Source of the DNA: an uncultured Acidobacteriota bacterium
GTDB lineage: Bacteria > Acidobacteriota > Thermoanaerobaculia > Multivoradales > UBA5704
Assembly (NCBI GenBank): GCA_963752235.1
Contig: CAVVXL010000005.1
Coordinates: forward strand, 905-64,904
DNA length: 64,000 bases
Direction of reading: 5' to 3'
Part shown: positions 47,028 to 56,031 of the stretch, piece by piece
Layout: each line of letters begins with the position of its first letter
How positions within the stretch are numbered: the first letter of the stretch is position 1
Translations under genes and position numbers: made by a program
The notes under the pieces: model-generated
Seen by the model: the letters and a program-made list of their open reading frames with translations, nothing else
The model's database searches: none
Told to the model about the DNA's origin: nothing

Positions 47028-47687
47028 ATGGACAGCAAGGAATTCGTCGCGCAGCTGGTCGAGGAGATGGACCGGATCTTCGCGCGGCTTGGCGAGACCG
47101 AGACGCTCGAAGCCGAATCGCAGGGGCAGGTGGACGTCGAGACCCTGCTGCGGCTCGCCTTGAAGAGCGAGCTCGAGGCGAGCGAGCTCGCCGGCTTCTG
47201 GCTCCCCACCACCTCGGAGGTGGAGGCCAAGATGGCGCTCGCCCTCCAGTGCGGGGACGAGATGAAGCACTACGGCATGATCAGCCAGCGCCTCGCGGAG
47301 CTGGGCGCCGACCTCACCGATTTCGATCCTCTCGCCGAGGGGCACAGCCCGCTCTACCAGTACCTGCGCGGCTTGCGCACCACGATCGAGCGGATCGCCG
47401 GCGGCCCGTTCGCCAGCGAGGCGATCGCCAAGGTGCGCAACGCCCAGTTCGTCAGCTTCTGCCGCTCGCTCGGCGACCACGGCACGGCGAAGCTCTATGA
47501 CGAGACGATCCAGCCCGAGGAGTTCCACCATTACCATCTCGGCCGCGAGTTCCTGGAGAAGTACGCCGTCACCCCGGAGCTCCAGGAGCTCGCCGCCTCC
47601 GCCGTGCGCAACACCCTGGCGATCGCCGACGAGCTGCGCAACCTGGCCGCCAAGACGACCGGCATCCACAACATCCCCGTTTCTTAA
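47028..47687 (+). CDS. Ferritin-like di-iron four-helix-bundle protein
   Basis: E (ELEASE), DEMKH, E (SEAIA) and EEFHH carboxylate/His pattern; GGAGGG RBS. Confidence 0.8.
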   Translation: MDSKEFVAQLVEEMDRIFARLGETETLEAESQGQVDVETLLRLALKSELEASELAGFWLPTTSEVEAKMALALQCGDEMKHYGMISQRLAELGADLTDFDPLAEGHSPLYQYLRGLRTTIERIAGGPFASEAIAKVRNAQFVSFCRSLGDHGTAKLYDETIQPEEFHHYHLGREFLEKYAVTPELQELAASAVRNTLAIADELRNLAAKTTGIHNIPVS

Positions 47688-47708
47688 TTCTGGAAGACAG
47701 AGGACTCG

Positions 47709-48587
47709 ATGGCACCTGAGATTTCGACGATCGCCGTGCTGGGCGCCGGCACGATGGGGCGGGGGATCGCGCACGTCTCCGCCCTCGCCGGCTACGCGAC
47801 CCGGCTCTACGACACCAACGCCGAGGTCCTGAAGCAGGCCCAGGCGAGCATCCACAAGAACCTCGCCAAAGGGGTCGAGATCAAGAAGGTCGACGCCGGC
47901 GCGGCCGAGCGGGCCCGCCAGGGGCTCGCGCTCCACGACGACCTCACCGCGGCGGTGGAGGGCAGCGATCTGGTCATCGAGTCGGTGCCCGAGGACATGG
48001 TGCTCAAGGTGGAGATCTTCCGGGCGGTGGCCCTCCTCGCGCCGAGCCACGCTCTGTTCGCCAGCAACACCTCGGCCCTCTCGGTCACCGAGATGGCCGC
48101 CGCCTCGGGGCGCCCCGAGCGCTTCGCCGGCATGCACTTCTTCAACCCCGTCCACGTGATGAAGCTGATCGAGCTGATCCGCGGGCTCGGCACCGCGCAG
48201 GAGACGATCGACACCCTGCGCGCGGTCGGCGAGCGGATGGGCAAGGAGATCGTGGTGGTCAACGAGGCGCCCGGCTTCGTGACCTCGCGGATCAACGCGC
48301 TGATCGGCAACGAGGCCTTCCGCATGCTCCAGGAGGGGGTGGCGAGCGCCGAGGACATCGACAAGGCGCTCAAGCTCGGCCTCAACCATCCGATGGGGCC
48401 GTTCGAGATGGTCGACCTGGTGGGGCTCGACGTCCGCCTGTCGATCCTCGAGTTCCTCCACCGCGCCCTCGGCGACACCTACCGCCCCAACCCGATCCTG
48501 ATCCAGCACGTCCGCGCCGGCCGGCTCGGCCGCAAGGTCGGGCGCGGCGTCTACACCTACGGCGAGAACGGCGAGCGGATCAAGTAG
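47709..48587 (+). CDS. 3-hydroxyacyl-CoA dehydrogenase (PaaH/Hbd-like)
   Basis: GAGTMG, SNTSAL, GMHFFNP, HPMGPF..D.VGLD, LGRK. Confidence 0.93.
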   Translation: MAPEISTIAVLGAGTMGRGIAHVSALAGYATRLYDTNAEVLKQAQASIHKNLAKGVEIKKVDAGAAERARQGLALHDDLTAAVEGSDLVIESVPEDMVLKVEIFRAVALLAPSHALFASNTSALSVTEMAAASGRPERFAGMHFFNPVHVMKLIELIRGLGTAQETIDTLRAVGERMGKEIVVVNEAPGFVTSRINALIGNEAFRMLQEGVASAEDIDKALKLGLNHPMGPFEMVDLVGLDVRLSILEFLHRALGDTYRPNPILIQHVRAGRLGRKVGRGVYTYGENGERIK

Positions 48588-49869
48588 GAGCCGCCAGCTC
48601 AGCGACCCCCTTTTCGAGCCGGCGGACCAGCTCGGGAAGGGCGGCCTCCTCGACCGAGCAGTGGGCGATGCGCAGGTAGCGAGGGGCGAGCGAGATCAGC
48701 CCGGTGTCGTGGTGGGCCAGCAAGTGCCGCCGCACGCTCTCCGCATCGATCCCCAGCGCCGCCGGGATCTCGACCAACGCGAAGCAGCCCGAGTTGAACG
48801 GCAGGACGGTCAGCAGCCGGGGATCGACCTGCCCGAGCGCCGCCTTGAGCGCCCGGTAGCGTCCTTCCAGGAGGAGGCGCACCGCCTCGATCTCAGCCTC
48901 CACTCCAGGCCGGCGGAGGGCCTGGAGGAGGACCACCTGGCTCGCCGCCACCGGCGCCCCCACACTGGAGCGCAGCAGCATTCCGACCTTGCGCTCGAGC
49001 GCGTCCGCCGCCGCCGAGTCCGGCGCGACGCCGAAGGTGAGGAAGCCGACCCGGCCGCCGAAGAAGGAGAACTCCTTGGTGGCGCCGTCGATCTTCACCG
49101 CGGCCAGGTTGGGATGCGCCCCGGCGAGGTCCCAGAACAGCGAGGCGCGGGAGATCTCCGGCTCGAAGACCAGCCCCGCGTAGGCGTCGTCGCAGACCAC
49201 CACCAGCGGCCGGCGCTCCGCCTCGGCGAGCAGCGACTCGACGGTGGCGCGGCGCTCCGCCCCGTCCGGCGTGTAGCTGCCGGGGTTCGACGGCATGTTG
49301 AGCAGCGCGACGGCGGCCTCGCCCGGCGGCAGAGGGCTCAGGGCGTCGGCCAGGGCGCGCGGGTTGTAGCGGCCGTCGACGTAAGCGGGCGCGGTCAGCA
49401 TCCGCGCTCCCGTGCGCACGGCGAATGCCTGCCGGTAGTTCCCCCAGAACGGGTTCGGCACCGCCACCGCCCGTCCCTCCCCGCCCAGGAGATCCGCCAC
49501 CAGCGAGAGGGCATGGCTGAGGCCCACCGTCACCAGCGGCAGGCTGGAGGGGACCGCGGCCGGCGCCGCGCGGCGCTGCCACTCCCGCCAGCGCCGCCGG
49601 ACCTCCGGCAGGCCGGCGACGGGCGAGGCGTCGAACGCCGCCTCCAGGTCCGCGCCCGCAAGATCGCCGAACGCCGACCGCAGCTCCGGCGGCAGGGCTC
49701 GCCGTGCCGCCAGGGGTGCCGGAGGCGGGTCCACCCGGGCAGCGGCCGGCTCCGCGGCGAGGCCGGCACGCCGCCCCAGGGGGGAGAGCGCCGCGAAGAG
49801 GGCGGGAGCCTCGGCGGCGAGCGCGGCGTTGAGCGCCTCCAGCTCGTTCGGGGTTGCCAGGGCGGACAT
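48580..49869 (-). CDS. PLP-dependent class I/II aminotransferase
   Basis: WGNY, N.PSNP, DDAY, DGATKE (PLP lysine), GGRVG, LRIA. Confidence 0.85.
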   Translation of the reverse strand: MSALATPNELEALNAALAAEAPALFAALSPLGRRAGLAAEPAAARVDPPPAPLAARRALPPELRSAFGDLAGADLEAAFDASPVAGLPEVRRRWREWQRRAAPAAVPSSLPLVTVGLSHALSLVADLLGGEGRAVAVPNPFWGNYRQAFAVRTGARMLTAPAYVDGRYNPRALADALSPLPPGEAAVALLNMPSNPGSYTPDGAERRATVESLLAEAERRPLVVVCDDAYAGLVFEPEISRASLFWDLAGAHPNLAAVKIDGATKEFSFFGGRVGFLTFGVAPDSAAADALERKVGMLLRSSVGAPVAASQVVLLQALRRPGVEAEIEAVRLLLEGRYRALKAALGQVDPRLLTVLPFNSGCFALVEIPAALGIDAESVRRHLLAHHDTGLISLAPRYLRIAHCSVEEAALPELVRRLEKGVAELAAPT

Positions 49870-49876
49870 GCCCCGA

Positions 49877-49884
49877 AGTATAGT
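49877..49884. promoter_or_regulatory. Overlapping back-to-back -10 elements (bidirectional leaderless promoter)
   Basis: TATACT on - (7 nt before ATG 49869) and TATAGT on + (8 nt before ATG 49893). Confidence 0.55.
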
Positions 49885-49892
49885 CCCCTAGA

Positions 49893-51836
49893 ATGAGCAC
49901 GACCGCCGCGACCGCCGCGACCGCGATAACGCGAACGACAATCCTCCTTATCCTCGCGCTGGCGTTCGCCGGTGCCGGCCTGCAGGGAGCCAGCATGCCC
50001 GAGCCGATCTCCTACCTGCTCCGCTTTCCCGCCCCGCAGACCCATTACGTCGAGGTCGAGGCGCGCATCCCCACCGGCGGCCGCGCCGAGGTCGAGCTGA
50101 TGATGGCGGTCTGGACGCCCGGCTCCTACCTCGTCCGCGAGTACTCCCGCAACGTCGAGGACGTCTCCGCCGCCACCGCGGCGGGAGAGCCGCTGGCGGC
50201 CGCGAAGACGGTCAAGAACCGCTGGCGGATCGCGACGCGCCAGGCGCCCACGGTGATCGTCCGCTACCGGGTCTACTGCCGCGAGATGTCGGTGCGCACC
50301 AACTTCGTCGACTCGGAGTTCGCCCTCTTGAACGGCGCCGCCACCTTCCTCGTCCTGGCGGACGACGCGCGCCGCTCCTACGACGTGCGGCTCGAGCTCC
50401 CCCCCGCCTGGAAGGTCTCGGCGAGCCCGCTGGGGGCTTCAGCGGGCGCCGGCGCGCACGAGTATCACGCCGGCGATTACGACACCCTGGTCGACTCCCC
50501 GCTCTACGCGGGGAACGCTCGAACCTACCCGTTCGAGGTCGCCGGCAGGCCCCACCTCCTGGTCAACGAGGGGGAGGGCGAGGTCTGGGACGGCCCCCGC
50601 TCGGCGGCGGACGCCGAGAAGATCGTCCGCCAGCAGGTCGCTCTCTGGGGCGTTGCGCCCTACCCGCGCTACGTCATCTTCAACTTCCTCACCGACAGCG
50701 GCGGCGGCCTCGAGCACAAGGACGCCTGCACTCTGATGAGCAGCCGTTGGCGCGGCCGCACCCGCGAGGGGTATCTGGACTGGCTGGGGCTGGTCAGCCA
50801 CGAGCTGTTCCACGCCTGGAACGGCAAGCGCCTCCGGCCGCGCGAGCTCGGGCCGTTCGACTACGAGCACGAGACCTACACCAGGAGCCTCTGGGTGGTG
50901 GAGGGGATCACCTCCTACTACGGCGACCTGCTGGTGCGGCGGGCGGGATTCTCCACCCGCAAGGAATACCTGAAGGGGCTGAGCAAGGCGATCGAGTCGG
51001 TGCAGTCGACCCCCGGCCGCGCCGTGCAGTCGCTCGCCGACTCCTCTTTCGACGCCTGGATCAAGCTCTACCGGCGGGACGAAAACACGGCCAACAGCAG
51101 CATCAGCTACTACACCAAGGGGGAGCTGGCCGCCTTCCTGCTCGACGCCAGGATCCGCCGCGCCACCGGCGGCAAGCGGAGCCTCGACGACGCCCTGCGC
51201 CTCGCCTACCAGCGTTTCTCGGGCGAGCAGGGGTATCTCCCGGAGGAGCTTCGCAAGGTGCTGGAGGAGGTGGCGGGGGTCGACCTCGGCCCCTGGCTCG
51301 CGCGCTCGGTCGAGGGGACGCAGGAGCTCGACTACACGGAGGCCCTCGACTGGTACGGCCTGCGCTTCGCCCCGGAGGCGGAGAAGAAGGAGGGCGGAGA
51401 GCCGCCGGAGCTGCCCGCCGCCTGGCTGGGGATGGACGCCGAGGTCCAGGCCGGGCGGCTGACGGTGACCGGCGTCAAGCGGGGGACGCCGGCTTACGAA
51501 GCGGGGATCAACGTCGGCGACGAGATCCTCGCCATCGGCGACGACCGCGTCCCCCCCGAAGGGCTCGACGGCAGGCTCAAGTTCTATCGCCCGGGCGAGA
51601 AGGTCTCGCTGCTGGTCGCCCGGCGGGACCGGCTGACCCGCCTGCCGGTCACCTTCGGCAAGAAGCCCGCTCCCCGCTGGACGCTCGAGGTGCTCCCCAA
51701 GGCGAGCGCCGAGCAGCAGGCCCATCTCGCCGCTTGGCTCGGCGCGGATGCCGCCGGACCGAGCGGGCATGGGAAGCCGGGCGAGCACGCCGCGGAAAAG
51801 GCGGAGAAGAAGGCGGAGCCGGCGACCGTGCGCTGA
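49893..51836 (+). CDS. Secreted M61 glycyl aminopeptidase with C-terminal PDZ domain
   Basis: Signal peptide; WTPGSY, GGGLEH, HELFHAWN, WVVEG.TSYY, YTKG; PDZ (PA..AG...GD.I.A). Confidence 0.92.
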   Translation: MSTTAATAATAITRTTILLILALAFAGAGLQGASMPEPISYLLRFPAPQTHYVEVEARIPTGGRAEVELMMAVWTPGSYLVREYSRNVEDVSAATAAGEPLAAAKTVKNRWRIATRQAPTVIVRYRVYCREMSVRTNFVDSEFALLNGAATFLVLADDARRSYDVRLELPPAWKVSASPLGASAGAGAHEYHAGDYDTLVDSPLYAGNARTYPFEVAGRPHLLVNEGEGEVWDGPRSAADAEKIVRQQVALWGVAPYPRYVIFNFLTDSGGGLEHKDACTLMSSRWRGRTREGYLDWLGLVSHELFHAWNGKRLRPRELGPFDYEHETYTRSLWVVEGITSYYGDLLVRRAGFSTRKEYLKGLSKAIESVQSTPGRAVQSLADSSFDAWIKLYRRDENTANSSISYYTKGELAAFLLDARIRRATGGKRSLDDALRLAYQRFSGEQGYLPEELRKVLEEVAGVDLGPWLARSVEGTQELDYTEALDWYGLRFAPEAEKKEGGEPPELPAAWLGMDAEVQAGRLTVTGVKRGTPAYEAGINVGDEILAIGDDRVPPEGLDGRLKFYRPGEKVSLLVARRDRLTRLPVTFGKKPAPRWTLEVLPKASAEQQAHLAAWLGADAAGPSGHGKPGEHAAEKAEKKAEPATVR

Positions 51837-51855
51837 CTCCGTCCGCCAGTCGTTC

Positions 51856-53070
51856 TCAGACCAGCTTCAGCAGGTGCCCGAGCTTCTCGCGCTTGGTGCG
51901 CAGGTAGGCGCGGCTGCTGTCGTTCGGCGGCACCTCGAGCGACAGGCGCTCGACGATCTCCAGGCCATAGCCGTCGAGGGCGATGTACTTGCTGGGATTG
52001 TTGGTCATCAGCCGCATCTTGCGCACGCCGAGGTCGCGCAGGATCTGGGCGCCGATCCCGTAGTCGCGCTGGTCCGGGCGAAAGCCCAGCCGCTCGTTGG
52101 CCTCCACCGTGTCGTGCCCCTGCTCCTGGAGCTCGTAGGCGCGCAGCTTGTTCATCAGGCCGATGCCGCGCCCTTCCTGGAGGAGGTAGAGCAGCACCCC
52201 CTTCCCCTCCGCCGCGATGCGCTCCAGGGCCTTGTCGAGCTGCAGGCCGCAATCGCAGCGGCAGGAGCCGAAGATGTCCCCGGTCAGGCACTGGCTGTGG
52301 ACGCGCACCAGCGTCGGCTCCTCGGGCTCGATCTCCCCCATCACCAGGGCGACGTTCTCGTCGCCGGTGACGTCCGAACGGTAGGCGTGGATGCGGAAGT
52401 CGCCGTGGATCGTCGGCAGGTTGGGCGAGGCGACCTTGCGCACCAGGGTCTCGTGACGGAGGCGGTAGCTGATCAGGTCGGCGACGGTGATCATCATCAG
52501 CCCGTGCTCGTGGGCCACCTTGACGAGGTCGGGGACGCGGGCCATGGTGCCGTCGTCGTTCATGATCTCGCAGATCACCCCGGCGGGCTTCAGCCCGGCG
52601 AGGGCGGCGAGGTCGACCGACGCCTCGGTCTGCCCGGCGCGCTTCAGCACGCCACCCTTCCTGGCGCGCAGCGGGAAGACGTGCCCCGGGCGGAGCAGGT
52701 CCTCCGGCCGGGTCGCCGGATCAATGGCGGTGAGGATGGTGGCGGCGCGGTCGGCGGCGGAGATGCCGGTCGTCACCTTGCCGCGGGCCTCGATCGAGAC
52801 CGTGAAGGCGGTGCCGAAGGGGGAGGTGTTGTCCTCCACCATCAGCGGCAGCTCGAGGTCGCGGCAGCGCTCCTCGTTCAGCGCCAGGCAGACCAGCCCG
52901 CGCCCGTGCTTGGCCATGAAGTTGATCGCCGCCGGGGTGACCTTCTCGGCCGCGATCGCGAAGTCCCCTTCGTTCTCGCGGTCCTCGTCGTCGACGATGA
53001 TGACGATCTCGCCGCGGCGAAAACGTGTGATCGCCTCCTCGATGGAGACGAAGGCAGTGTCGTTGGTCAT
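51856..53070 (-). CDS. ribBA: Bifunctional DHBP synthase / GTP cyclohydrolase II
   Basis: [28 protein letters not shown]...S.RCDCG, QEGRGIG, TNNP.K. Confidence 0.96.
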   Translation of the reverse strand: MTNDTAFVSIEEAITRFRRGEIVIIVDDEDRENEGDFAIAAEKVTPAAINFMAKHGRGLVCLALNEERCRDLELPLMVEDNTSPFGTAFTVSIEARGKVTTGISAADRAATILTAIDPATRPEDLLRPGHVFPLRARKGGVLKRAGQTEASVDLAALAGLKPAGVICEIMNDDGTMARVPDLVKVAHEHGLMMITVADLISYRLRHETLVRKVASPNLPTIHGDFRIHAYRSDVTGDENVALVMGEIEPEEPTLVRVHSQCLTGDIFGSCRCDCGLQLDKALERIAAEGKGVLLYLLQEGRGIGLMNKLRAYELQEQGHDTVEANERLGFRPDQRDYGIGAQILRDLGVRKMRLMTNNPSKYIALDGYGLEIVERLSLEVPPNDSSRAYLRTKREKLGHLLKLV

Positions 53071-53142
53071 GATGTCGGCTTTCTTAACGGGGCAGGGCGC
53101 CCCGAGCTTCAGGAAAAGATGAGGCGATTCCGTTCGTCAGCG

Positions 53143-53172
53143 AGTCTACGCCCCGGATCGGACGAGGGTCAA
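53143..53172 (-). promoter_or_regulatory. Putative ribBA promoter
   Basis: TTGACC-N18-TAGACT on the minus strand. Confidence 0.55.
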
Positions 53173-53179
53173 CCGCCCC

Positions 53180-56029
53180 CTAGAACGCGTTGCCGATGTT
53201 GACGAACAGGGCGTAGCCCGATTCCTTCGGATCGCGGTTGAGCTTCCAGCCGATGCCGGCGCGCAGCGGACCGATCGGCGAGTTGTAGCGCGCCCCCAGG
53301 CCGACCCCCTTCTTGAGCTCGTTGACGCGGATCGAGCGCCAGTCGGGCCACACGTTGCCGCTGTCGAAGAAGAGCGTGCCGCCGAAGTCGCCGAGGATCG
53401 GGAAGCGGTACTCGAGGTTGAAGAGGACCAGGCCGTCGCCGCCCACCGGCACGTAGCCGCCGCCGTTCGGGTTGAGGATCAGGGTCTCGCCGCGGATGCC
53501 CAGCTCGTCGCGGTCGTAGGCGCGCTGCGAGGCGTCGCCGCCGGCGAAGAAGCGCTCGGCGATCGGGATGTTGCGGCTCGGGAAAGGGAGGTTCAGCCCC
53601 CCCGACGACGGGATCGCCTTGTACGGCTCGATGCTCCCGAAGCGCAGGCTGGCGGCCAGCACCCCAGGCCGGCCGAGGTTCCAGAACTGCGTCTGCTGCA
53701 CGAAGACCTTGAGGAACTCGGTGTCGGTGCGGAACGCCGGCACCGGGAAGGCGTACTCGAGCTGCACCAGGGAGCTCCAGCCGCGGGTGGTGAGGATCGG
53801 GTCGTCGCGGCGGTCCCAGAAGAACGCCGGCACGAAGCTGGTGACCTGATAGGGCTGGTCGCGCCGTTCGATCTCGTTGGTGGCGATGCCGGGGTCGACG
53901 CTCGGCTCGACGATCCGGTAGTCGAAGCCGGCGCTGAACCGGCGGTTGCCGTAGGCGCGGACCGCCTCGACGCGGCCGCCGTAGCGGGTCACCTCGTAGG
54001 GGCGGCCGGTCGGCACCTCCTGCTGGTAGAAGACGCTGGAGTTGAGCGCCACCGGGTGCTCGCCCAGGTAGGGCTGATTGAGCAGCAGGCGGTAGAGCTT
54101 GTCGCGCTGGCTCCAGCGCACGTTGCTCTGCAGGCTGTAGGCCTTGCCGAAGATGTTATTGTCGGAGTAGCCGAAGAGCCCCCGCAAGCCGCTCTCGGAG
54201 TCCCAGCCGGCGCCGTAGGTCAGGCTGTGCGCGTTGCCCTCCTCGACCCGCACCAGCACGTCGCGCTGGGTGTCGTCGAGGTCGGAGGGGACGAACTGCA
54301 CGTCGACCCGGGAGAAGATGCCGAGCTGATAGAGGCTGCGCTCGGTTTGCAGGAGGCGCGCCGGGCTGACCGGCTGGCCGTGGTCGAGGCCGAGGGTGCG
54401 GCGGATGACGTCGCTGTGCGTGCGCTCGTTGCCGCGCACCAGGATGCGGTCGACCACCTGGCGCGGCCCTTCGAGGGCCTCGAAGGTGACGTCGACCAGG
54501 GTGTGCTCCGAGCCCCAGTCCTGGCGGGCCGAGACCTGGGCCTGGTTGTACCCCTTGGCCGAGTATTCGGTGCGCAGCAGGTCCAGCGTGTTGTCGAGCA
54601 GGACGGGATGGAACCCCTCGTTCTCCTTGAGCGGCAGCTGCTTGCGCAGCGCCTCCGGATCGAGCGCCGTGAAGCCCTGGAAGGCGAGGTGCACCACCCG
54701 CTCGCGCGGCCCTTCCTTGATCGGAATGACCAGCCGCAGGTCCTCCCCCTTGCGCTCGACCCGCGGCGGCCCGACGACCGCGGCCGTGTAACCGTTCAAG
54801 GCGTAGTAGCGGCGCAGGGTGTCGAGGTCGGCGTCGAGGTCCGCCTGCACCAGCCGCCCGCTCCCCCGGCGCAGCAGGACGCGCTCGGTCGTCTTCATGC
54901 CGGCGCGCAGCTTGGCGTCGGGGACCTCCTGGTTCCCCTGGAAGGCGATCTGCCGCAGCGTGTAGACCGGCCCGGGGACGATCCGGAAGGTGAGCACGAG
55001 CTGCCCCGCGCCCGGTTTCTCCTCGGTCTCGACGGCGACGTCGTAATGCCCCTGCTGCTGGTAGTAGGTCTTGATCCGCTCCTGCGCCTGGAGCACCAGG
55101 GCCTCGTCGTAGCCGGCCTCGCCGAGGAACGGCAGGAGCCCCTCGCGGCGCAGCTTCTTCTCGTCCCCTCCGACGACGACGAGCGAGATCTTGGGGCCGA
55201 TCGAGATCGGATAGGTGAGCTTGACCGCGGGGCTCCCCGGGTCATGGTCGGCGTGCGGCGTATCGACCCGCGCAGCCCCGTACCCCTGCTTGATGAGCCA
55301 GGACTGGAGGCGTTCGGCGTCCTCCGCGGCGACGCGCTGGCTGAACGGCTGGTTGGGCTGCAGCCGGAGCTGGCGGATCAGCTCCGCCGGCTGGAAGGGG
55401 GTCACCGGGTGGTCGAAGGTGATCGCCGCCAGGTTGGAGCGCGGGCCGCTGTCGACGTTGTAGGTCACGATGGCGCGGCGGCGCAGCGGGTTGGTCTCGA
55501 CGGCGACGCGGACCCGGGCCTGGAAGTAGCCGCTGCGCTCGTAGAGCGCGTTCAGCGCGTAGACCCCCGGGAGCACCGTATCCTCCGACAGCGGCTCGGC
55601 CACCCGCTGCGGGATCGCCCGCCGCAGGTCCTCGATCGCCAGCCCCAGCTTGCCGAGGACGCGGATCTCCCCCACCTGCACCACGGCGCGGAAGACGATG
55701 ACCACCACCACTCCGCCCCCCGCCGGATCCTCCCGCGTGTAGAGCTCGGTCTCGGCCGCCGTGCCGCTCGCCTGGAGGTTGCGCAGGGTGTGGCGGATCC
55801 CCTCGTCGGTCAGCGGCTCCCCCACCTCGGTTTCGATCAGGGTGTCGAGGTCGAGCGACGGGTCGAGCGGCGCGTCGCTGCGCACCTCGACGCCGGTGAC
55901 GGTCGGCCCGCCGGTGGGCGCCTCGGCGGCAGGCTCGGGCGCCGCCGGCGGGGTCTGGCCGCGGAGCGGCGCGCCTCCCCCCGCCAGGAGGAGGGCGAGC
56001 AGCAGCGCCGGCGCGAGGGACCTCCCCAT
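53180..56029 (-). CDS. Omp85-family outer membrane protein (TamA/BamA-like) with multiple POTRA domains
   Basis: Signal peptide; repeated Y...GY POTRA motifs; ERFFAGG; G.G.RY.SPIGP; C-terminal Phe. Confidence 0.88.
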   Translation of the reverse strand: MGRSLAPALLLALLLAGGGAPLRGQTPPAAPEPAAEAPTGGPTVTGVEVRSDAPLDPSLDLDTLIETEVGEPLTDEGIRHTLRNLQASGTAAETELYTREDPAGGGVVVVIVFRAVVQVGEIRVLGKLGLAIEDLRRAIPQRVAEPLSEDTVLPGVYALNALYERSGYFQARVRVAVETNPLRRRAIVTYNVDSGPRSNLAAITFDHPVTPFQPAELIRQLRLQPNQPFSQRVAAEDAERLQSWLIKQGYGAARVDTPHADHDPGSPAVKLTYPISIGPKISLVVVGGDEKKLRREGLLPFLGEAGYDEALVLQAQERIKTYYQQQGHYDVAVETEEKPGAGQLVLTFRIVPGPVYTLRQIAFQGNQEVPDAKLRAGMKTTERVLLRRGSGRLVQADLDADLDTLRRYYALNGYTAAVVGPPRVERKGEDLRLVIPIKEGPRERVVHLAFQGFTALDPEALRKQLPLKENEGFHPVLLDNTLDLLRTEYSAKGYNQAQVSARQDWGSEHTLVDVTFEALEGPRQVVDRILVRGNERTHSDVIRRTLGLDHGQPVSPARLLQTERSLYQLGIFSRVDVQFVPSDLDDTQRDVLVRVEEGNAHSLTYGAGWDSESGLRGLFGYSDNNIFGKAYSLQSNVRWSQRDKLYRLLLNQPYLGEHPVALNSSVFYQQEVPTGRPYEVTRYGGRVEAVRAYGNRRFSAGFDYRIVEPSVDPGIATNEIERRDQPYQVTSFVPAFFWDRRDDPILTTRGWSSLVQLEYAFPVPAFRTDTEFLKVFVQQTQFWNLGRPGVLAASLRFGSIEPYKAIPSSGGLNLPFPSRNIPIAERFFAGGDASQRAYDRDELGIRGETLILNPNGGGYVPVGGDGLVLFNLEYRFPILGDFGGTLFFDSGNVWPDWRSIRVNELKKGVGLGARYNSPIGPLRAGIGWKLNRDPKESGYALFVNIGNAF

Positions 56030-56031
56030 CT

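Noticed and set aside
53071-53179. FMN riboswitch upstream of ribBA
   Set aside because: No RFN consensus is visible and the leader after the predicted promoter is only about 70 nt.
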